In this document: positions 58,265 to 64,000 of the stretch, piece after piece
How the letters are laid out: each line of letters starts with the position of its first letter
Position numbering within the stretch: the stretch's first letter is position 1
Virus record (IMG/VR): IMGVR_UViG_3300017963_002783
Span: 5,471 to 69,470 of that record
Reading direction: 5' to 3' (one strand)
Length of the DNA: 64,000 nucleotides
From: a virus
Program-made: the position numbers and the translations under genes
Notes under the pieces: generated by a model
Database searches by the model: none
What the model saw: only the letters and a program-made list of their open reading frames with translations
Told to the model about the DNA's origin: nothing

Positions 58265-58824
58265 CCATAGATAGCGGTGATGATGCAAGGGTAGCATATC
58301 CTTTGTTCCAAAAGGAATACGGCGGTTCGACTCCGACCTCACCGCTCCAAATGAAAGTGGTTAAAATTTCTCAAAAGAAGGCTTTGGGACTCAACAAACT
58401 ATGGCACAGCGTTTTACCTGAGATCGTCAATTATTGGCATTGTCGTTGTTATGGTGCATTTTGGGAGAATAAATACTTTGCTGTCGCAATGTGGTCTTTA
58501 CCGATTGCAAGGCGATTGAATTGGAGTGGGGCTTATGAGTTAAGGCGTTTTGCAATTTCTCCTGATGCGCCCCCAAATACGGCATCTTGGATGATGGCTA
58601 TAATGGCCCGACTTATCAAAAAGGCAAAACCTGAAATAACAAAACTTATTTCCTATCAAGATACATCAGTCCATCAAGGAACAATCTATAAAGCAAGTGG
58701 TTGGCACCCTGTTCTTCAAGGCAAAGGGGATGGAATTGGTTGGGGTCAAGGCTGGGCTTCAAGAGATAGGGCAAAACAGATAGCCACTGGAGATAAAATC
58801 AGATGGGAGAAAAATGTTGGGTGA
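58261..58824 (+). CDS. Mom-like GNAT DNA-adenine modification protein
   Basis: YELRRFAI..DAP.NTASW and LISYQD..VHQGTIYKASGW match the Mom-family pattern; alternative in-frame ATG at 58351. Confidence 0.75.
   Translation: MTIDSGDDARVAYPLFQKEYGGSTPTSPLQMKVVKISQKKALGLNKLWHSVLPEIVNYWHCRCYGAFWENKYFAVAMWSLPIARRLNWSGAYELRRFAISPDAPPNTASWMMAIMARLIKKAKPEITKLISYQDTSVHQGTIYKASGWHPVLQGKGDGIGWGQGWASRDRAKQIATGDKIRWEKNVG
58274..58349 (+). tRNA. Atypical tRNA-Gly(UCC)-like element within the mom-like 5' end
   Basis: 76 nt cloverleaf: GCGGTGA/TCACCGC acceptor, U73, CCA, D arm ATGC/GCAT, TTCGACT T-loop, TCC anticodon in an 8 nt loop. Confidence 0.7.
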
Positions 58825-58893
58825 AATCATTTACAAACTAATCGGGATTTTATTGTTTGCTTCAATTATTTACATGATTGCACATTTTGGAGA

Positions 58894-59088
58894 ATGATTA
58901 TGACACGACTCCAGGAGCTTGAGCGTATCATCCAAATCAAGCAGCAAGTCATTGATTATTTCATGGGAATCCTTGAGGAGAATTATCCTGAAACGCATTA
59001 CATCCTGGCGCAAATCAGGCGAAGCCGGGATGAGATTTCGAAGTGCGAACACGAAAGGCATAAACTGGTGACGATGGGTATTGCATGA
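58894..59088 (+). CDS. Hypothetical protein
   Basis: Coupled to the helicase start (ATGA). Confidence 0.5.
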   Translation: MIMTRLQELERIIQIKQQVIDYFMGILEENYPETHYILAQIRRSRDEISKCEHERHKLVTMGIA

Positions 59089-60422
59089 CCACCGAACTTA
59101 GGGTCCCTCCACAGAATACAGACGCCGAACAAGCTCTGCTCGGAGCCTGCTTTATCAACCCGTCCATCATCCCCTCCATAGACCTCCCCCCTGAAGCATT
59201 CTACAAGGAAGCCCACCAGCACATCTTCAAAGCCCTGCAAGACCGGAAAGACAAGGCCGATCTTGTCACCGTGGGCCAATGGCTTAAAGAGAAAGACCTC
59301 CTTGAGAAGTGTGGGGGCATGGACTACCTCGTCAGCCTGGAGGATTGTGTTCCGACAAGTGCGGGATGGAGGACTCATCGAGAGATAATTGATAAAGCCC
59401 ACAAGGAACGCCAATTTGTGGCAGCCTGCGCTTTAGCCCAAGAGAAACTTTACAACCATCAAGGAACTTTGGGCGACATTTCTTCCACTCTGCAATCCGA
59501 GTTGGTCAACATTGAAATCGGGGACCCTTTCAGCCAAAAGACAGGCGTGGACATAGCTAATGTGTATGATGCTGAAAGATGCCTCGAGTCCTACAGGGAA
59601 TACATCAAGACCTTAAAACAGAATCGGTTTATCACTGGGATCCACGAAATAGACAAACGTATCCGGGGAGTGAGCGGTGGCGAAGTGCTGTTCATTCTGG
59701 CCCGGGGCGGAACGTTCAAAACGGCTATCCTTCAAAATCTTCTCAAAAACTACGTCAATAACTCTGCCTGGGGTGCCACATTTTTTTCTATCGAAATGCC
59801 CGTGGCATCCCTGACTGAACGATACCATGAAATTGTGCAAGGCTCCCCTGGAAAGGATATCGAGGACTATTACACGGCCGATTTTGGGGAGGCCGGCACG
59901 TACCTAGAGGGACTAGAAAAGGAATTCAAGGCGGAACTCAGAAACCTGTTCATTGTGGATGCCAATGTGTCTGTCAAAGATATTATCGCGTATGTCCACC
60001 TCATTCAGCATAAAAAAGACATAAAAATAGGGGTGATCGGCATTGACTACCTTGGACTCATGGAGGGCGAGGGTCGTGGAGAGTACGAAATCATCTCAGG
60101 ACTTGCTAAAAACATGAAGAACCTGGCAAGGACGCTCAATATCCCTGTAGTCGTTATTGGCCAGACGTCCCGGAAAGCCGGCAGCGGAGATATGGAAATC
60201 ACCCTGGACATGGGCCGCGGTTCTGGCGTCATTGAAGAGGCCGCTGATGTCATGCTAGGCCTTTGGCAACAGGACCGGGAGTTAATCTGTAAAATCCTCA
60301 AGAATCGCAAGGGACCGAAAAACTCCAGGTGGATAATAGATCTTGATCCTGAAAATCTACGCCTCGGAGAATCGGCCAGGAAATGGGAACCAAAGAAGAA
60401 GGGCTCAGGCATTGAAGCATGA
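59085..60422 (+). CDS. dnaB: DnaB-like replicative helicase
   Basis: PPQN..AEQALLG, ARGGTFKT (Walker A), FSIEM, IDYLGL, GSGVIEEAAD, KNRKGP. Confidence 0.92.
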   Translation: MTTELRVPPQNTDAEQALLGACFINPSIIPSIDLPPEAFYKEAHQHIFKALQDRKDKADLVTVGQWLKEKDLLEKCGGMDYLVSLEDCVPTSAGWRTHREIIDKAHKERQFVAACALAQEKLYNHQGTLGDISSTLQSELVNIEIGDPFSQKTGVDIANVYDAERCLESYREYIKTLKQNRFITGIHEIDKRIRGVSGGEVLFILARGGTFKTAILQNLLKNYVNNSAWGATFFSIEMPVASLTERYHEIVQGSPGKDIEDYYTADFGEAGTYLEGLEKEFKAELRNLFIVDANVSVKDIIAYVHLIQHKKDIKIGVIGIDYLGLMEGEGRGEYEIISGLAKNMKNLARTLNIPVVVIGQTSRKAGSGDMEITLDMGRGSGVIEEAADVMLGLWQQDRELICKILKNRKGPKNSRWIIDLDPENLRLGESARKWEPKKKGSGIEA

Positions 60423-61141
60423 AAAACCCTTGGAGGGAAATGTCGAAAATCAATCCCCAGACCGAAAACGGCCACCGAAGAATAGCCAGCGACGTTTTAG
60501 CTGCCCTTATAAAGCAGGGTATGACAGGAGCGGAATGGGCTGTGTGTATGACGGTGATAGATAAAACTTATGGTTTCGGTAAGTTATCGGACCAAATAAG
60601 CCTCACTCAATTTCAGGTAGCTACCGGACTTTCCAGGCAAGGAGTGATGAAAGCAATCAAGTCGCTAGGCAACCAGCGTTGCCTAGTAGGCAACCACAGT
60701 TGCCTACCTACCGAATATCTCTTTAATAAACACTATGATACGTGGATCGCGGGTAGGCAACCACAGTTGCCTATAGGCAACCACAGTATACATCAGCTAG
60801 GCAACCACAGTGTACCCACAAAAGAAAGAAGAATAGAAAAGATATATATAGATGACAAAATCCCAAACTGCCCCCATCAGAAGATCATCGACCTTTACCA
60901 CGAAACCCTACCCGAACTCCGTACAGTCCGAATATGGAATGACAATCGAAAACGTCTCTTAGCTTCCAGGTGGAAGGAAAGCAAGAAACGCCAGAGCCTG
61001 GAATGGTGGAAGGGTTTTTTTGAGTATGTGAAAGATTCCCCTTTCCTGATGGGAAGGAAAACTGACTTTGAGGCAGACCTTGAATGGCTTATCCGGCCTC
61101 AGAATTTTGCTAAAGTTGTGGAGGGTAAATACCACAAATGA
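60419..61141 (+). CDS. Lambda O-like replication initiator
   Basis: PQTENG..RI, KTYGF.K..D.ISLTQF and FNKHYDTW; contains iterons. Confidence 0.85.
   Translation: MKNPWREMSKINPQTENGHRRIASDVLAALIKQGMTGAEWAVCMTVIDKTYGFGKLSDQISLTQFQVATGLSRQGVMKAIKSLGNQRCLVGNHSCLPTEYLFNKHYDTWIAGRQPQLPIGNHSIHQLGNHSVPTKERRIEKIYIDDKIPNCPHQKIIDLYHETLPELRTVRIWNDNRKRLLASRWKESKKRQSLEWWKGFFEYVKDSPFLMGRKTDFEADLEWLIRPQNFAKVVEGKYHK
60666..60850. repeat. Replication origin: five iterons plus an A/T-rich tract
   Basis: TAGGCAAC-N4-GTTGCCTA at 60666, 60687 and 60754; partial copies at 60774 and 60798; then AAAGAAAGAAGAATAGAAAAGATATATATA. Confidence 0.85.
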
Positions 61142-61356
61142 TTATCACCTACAAAGACCAGAGCGGTTCCATCCCGTACCCAATCACCCTGGATTCAGAT
61201 GTTATTCCCCGAGTGAAGGAGCGGGTAATGATCCCAAACAACCACAACAAAATCCGCAAGATGTTCACGGTCCAGCAAGTCACCTACGACCACATGAAAG
61301 TCAAGGTGGGTAAGCATGAGGTATGGGCCACAAGTGCCATAATTGACGTTTTATGA
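61138..61356 (+). CDS. Hypothetical protein
   Basis: ATGA-coupled; RBS GGAGG. Confidence 0.5.
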   Translation: MIITYKDQSGSIPYPITLDSDVIPRVKERVMIPNNHNKIRKMFTVQQVTYDHMKVKVGKHEVWATSAIIDVL

Positions 61357-61364
61357 GGTAGTAC

Positions 61365-61733
61365 ATGGCTAAAAAAGGTTTATCTCCAGTGCAAAGAACT
61401 ATCCGGGAGCTCCGCAACCAGGGCTGTCTGTGTGACATAGCTGAGAAATTCAACGCCCATGTGGGTCCGTTCGGGATCCGGCAGGACCTGTTTGGCTTTA
61501 TTGATATTATCGCCCTCGCCCCTGATGGAATTCGAGGAATTCAAGCCTGTGGTGCCGACTTTAAGGCCCACAAGAATAAGATTTTAAGTAACGAGAACGC
61601 CCTAGAATGGCTCAGGAGCGGAGGTCGGATTGACATATATAGTTGGCGTAAGGTTAAGAAGAAAAGAGGCGGCAAGCTTTTAATTTGGGCGCCTCGAGTT
61701 GAATCCATAACCAAGGAGGACTTTATAAAGTGA
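61365..61733 (+). CDS. PD-(D/E)XK Holliday-junction-resolvase-like nuclease
   Basis: RQDLFGFIDIIAL....GIQA. Confidence 0.65.
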   Translation: MAKKGLSPVQRTIRELRNQGCLCDIAEKFNAHVGPFGIRQDLFGFIDIIALAPDGIRGIQACGADFKAHKNKILSNENALEWLRSGGRIDIYSWRKVKKKRGGKLLIWAPRVESITKEDFIK

Positions 61734-61951
61734 GTTCAGCTATACATGAAATTCAAAACAAGGACCAGGCTGTCGCTTTCGCGTCGTTTCTCGCTGCCGA
61801 GCGTAACCGGCATATTGACGACATACGCAAAGCAGAGCGCGACCTAATAATCCTAGCGGAGAAATGGCAAATTGCCATCCCGTGGGACAATACTCACTTT
61901 ATTACGATTGCAGGCAATGGCCATAAAAAGAAAACCACCACCACGGCCTAA
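61730..61951 (+). CDS. Hypothetical protein
   Basis: RBS AAGGAGG; GTGA coupling. Confidence 0.5.
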   Translation: MSSAIHEIQNKDQAVAFASFLAAERNRHIDDIRKAERDLIILAEKWQIAIPWDNTHFITIAGNGHKKKTTTTA

Positions 61952-62309
61952 ACGCTGCCCCTGGAATAATGCCCTGCGGTGCGATGAACACTATTGTCCA
62001 CTCGAGGATGAGGGCTGGTTTGAGCTGATTTCCAGGTGGGCTTTAATAGGCCGCACAGCCAAGGGGATCGGTCTTGAACTGTCAGCCCGCTATGGCAATG
62101 AAGAAGAAGCCCTTGCCTGGAAATGCAGCATAAATCAGGTATTTCAAAACAGCGATGAGGCCATGGGCTTCCTTGTCGGAGAACTCCGGATGACAGAGCA
62201 GATTTGCCAGGACCTGCATAGGGCCCGCTCGATATGGCGCGACCTTGGGTATGGCATAAGCCACAAGCGAGCCCAGCAGCGATATGATAAAAAAATGGCC
62301 GCCCAATAA
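61917..62309 (+). CDS. Hypothetical Cys-containing protein
   Basis: CP.....C...CP; last gene of the operon, ending in a GC hairpin. Confidence 0.45.
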   Translation: MAIKRKPPPRPKRCPWNNALRCDEHYCPLEDEGWFELISRWALIGRTAKGIGLELSARYGNEEEALAWKCSINQVFQNSDEAMGFLVGELRMTEQICQDLHRARSIWRDLGYGISHKRAQQRYDKKMAAQ

Positions 62310-62364
62310 GGCGGCCTGTGAATGGAATTCAAGGCCCCCAGCAGACTGAGGGCTGGCTGTGGGG

Positions 62365-62859
62365 TTAGTCTCCAAAGTAAAAGGACCGCGCATAGTCAAC
62401 AACATATTCTTCTTCGTTTGCGTTCATGTGGTAATCCTCCCAAGGTGTAAACCAGTCTTGATATTGGAGTCTTGCGTTTTCCGGCTCGTTGAATTGCCCT
62501 AAGTCGCCAATGATCCGACACGCAGGTCCACCCGTGCAAAGCAAGATTTCATACTCTATGGCCTCGTCTGCCTCTCCTGGGCTATGCCAACCGCCACGGA
62601 TTTGAACAGAAAGAGGATCTTCATCAATAGCTTGTCGCGCTTCATCTTCATCGTGATACTGTTCCCGTTCCTCTTCACTTGCCTTGTCCCCCTCTTTGTA
62701 ATACAGATTAAGCCCTTCATAGATTTCTTCATCCGTCAAGTCACATTCCGGGTCTTGACATTCTTGGCAATGCCGCAACCTGTCAACCATTGCAATAATT
62801 CCGTCAAGCTGCGCTTTTGCCTGATCTCTAGCCCTATTTTTTTCTTTTTCAGCTTCCAT
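62365..62859 (-). CDS. Hypothetical phage protein
   Basis: PLSVQIRGGW, YEILLCTGGPA.RI.G and YQDWFTPW; RBS present. Confidence 0.7.
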   Translation of the reverse strand: MEAEKEKNRARDQAKAQLDGIIAMVDRLRHCQECQDPECDLTDEEIYEGLNLYYKEGDKASEEEREQYHDEDEARQAIDEDPLSVQIRGGWHSPGEADEAIEYEILLCTGGPACRIIGDLGQFNEPENARLQYQDWFTPWEDYHMNANEEEYVVDYARSFYFGD

Positions 62860-63031
62860 TATTCTTCCCCTCCTTCTTAATCTCACGGGTGCTGTACCAC
62901 CCGTAGGTCATAATGTGTTCGAGCATATAGGCTAGTTGTTGAGCCCTGGACCTCCTCTCCCGCTTCGCCTCCCGGTCCAGCCACTCGATAACCTGAACCG
63001 GGAGCACTAACGTTACGTTGCGTTTTGGCAT
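62849..63031 (-). CDS. Ribbon-helix-helix DNA-binding protein
   Basis: VTLVLP....LD..A....RSRA...YML. Confidence 0.7.
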   Translation of the reverse strand: MPKRNVTLVLPVQVIEWLDREAKRERRSRAQQLAYMLEHIMTYGWYSTREIKKEGKNNGS

Positions 63032-63034
63032 GGT

Positions 63035-63538
63035 TTAGTCCTCCAATGGATTCTTAAAGTTAGGCAAATTAACTACAAGTTTAATAACAAGATCCAAGAA
63101 TTGTTGTCTTTTCTCAAGACCCAAACAAAGTAATTTGTGGTTTAATTCTTTGCCATCAAATTCAAGGCCCATCATATCGGCTGCATTCTCAAGAATAAGT
63201 TGCTCTGCTTGCATTTGGATATGTTCTGCCACAAGAGCTGGGCAATGGTCGTCAGGCATATCATCAGGCTTTAATCCGGCTTTTCGTGTTCTTGTGTTGA
63301 CTTCCATGAAATAATCGGCCCATTCACTGTCATCAGCCAACCAAGCATCTTTCGGGTTTGTAATTTTTTTACCATGTTCAAACCGCGCATCAGTCAGTGG
63401 TGATTCTTGCAATATTTCTGTTTCAATTTTAGTGATAGCCTCCCTCATAACTTCAGCATTTGCACGGGCTAACAAATACGCCCTAACCGATGTTTTGACT
63501 TCTGGTGTGATGTCTTGTTCTGTCATATGGTTTTTCAT
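63035..63538 (-). CDS. Hypothetical protein
   Basis: RBS GAGGAGG before ATG 63538. Confidence 0.6.
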   Translation of the reverse strand: MKNHMTEQDITPEVKTSVRAYLLARANAEVMREAITKIETEILQESPLTDARFEHGKKITNPKDAWLADDSEWADYFMEVNTRTRKAGLKPDDMPDDHCPALVAEHIQMQAEQLILENAADMMGLEFDGKELNHKLLCLGLEKRQQFLDLVIKLVVNLPNFKNPLED

Positions 63539-63734
63539 GATTCTCCTCCTCTCTGTTTTTACCCCAATAATAATGTCTTTCACACTCATTTTTACTGCAA
63601 TCCGTGTGCCAAGCTCATATCAAATACAATGCCGTTTCAGCCATTCCCAAAACCACAAAATGACAATCTGCGACACAAAAATCCTCTCCTACCCCTCAGC
63701 CCTTCCTTTTTTGTAACTTTCTTGACGATTTTTG

Positions 63735-63764
63735 TTGACAAAGACCATCCACCTGTGATACCGT
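63735..63764 (+). promoter_or_regulatory. Candidate rightward sigma70 promoter
   Basis: TTGACA, 18 bp, then TG-A-TACCGT; same -10 region as the leftward early promoter. Confidence 0.4.
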
Positions 63765-64000
63765 CTTTTTTCAGGTGGGGTTTCTATGCTCAAACAAAGG
63801 CGATTTACGACGTAAGTCGCTTTTTTTATTGGAGATTATTTTTTCATGCCCGCGTGTCCCCTCAAAATCAAAAGCCAATTAGAGGAAAAATGCTTCAAAC
63901 TCAGCGGAGATGTGAAAAAAATCTTTCAGCGCCTCCCCCACCTCCAGGCTGGAGTAACGGATAAACGGACAGGTTGTATGGATAAACGCGGGCCAGTGAC

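Noticed and set aside
1-64000. Genome-wide stop-codon reassignment
   Set aside because: Standard-code ORFs tile the window densely, and TAG, TGA and TAA all end genes at coupled junctions.

Overview
The window is most of the genome of a temperate, podovirus-like tailed phage; terminase genes are not in the window. Order on the + strand: P22-like portal; about 13 kb of nucleotide-sugar biosynthesis and glycosyltransferase genes between portal and scaffold; scaffold and N4-gp56-type major capsid; an O-antigen-ligase-like membrane protein; tail and ejection genes including a 1936 aa protein; a second modification cluster (sulfotransferase, methyltransferases, GT9-like and GT8-like enzymes) around a protein with a roughly 250-residue serine tract; two paralogous tail fibre/spike genes; and a lysis-like module with no recognisable endolysin. 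A leftward early operon follows (radical SAM, PD-(D/E)XK nuclease, recombinase-like), then a divergent repressor/Cro switch and a rightward operon (integrase, Thg1-like enzyme, tRNA-Leu-type attP, Mom-like DNA modifier, DnaB, O-like initiator with iterons). The most unusual signals are three. First, a complete 76 nt tRNA-Gly(UCC)-like cloverleaf lies in the 5' end of the mom-like gene. Second, a tandem array of six non-identical stem-closed RNA modules sits in the early operon, most followed by ACAGUU-like linkers. Third, there is an apparent virion/exported-protein glycosylation system, with signal peptides on several structural-module proteins. All calls come from reading motifs by eye; no database searches were run.
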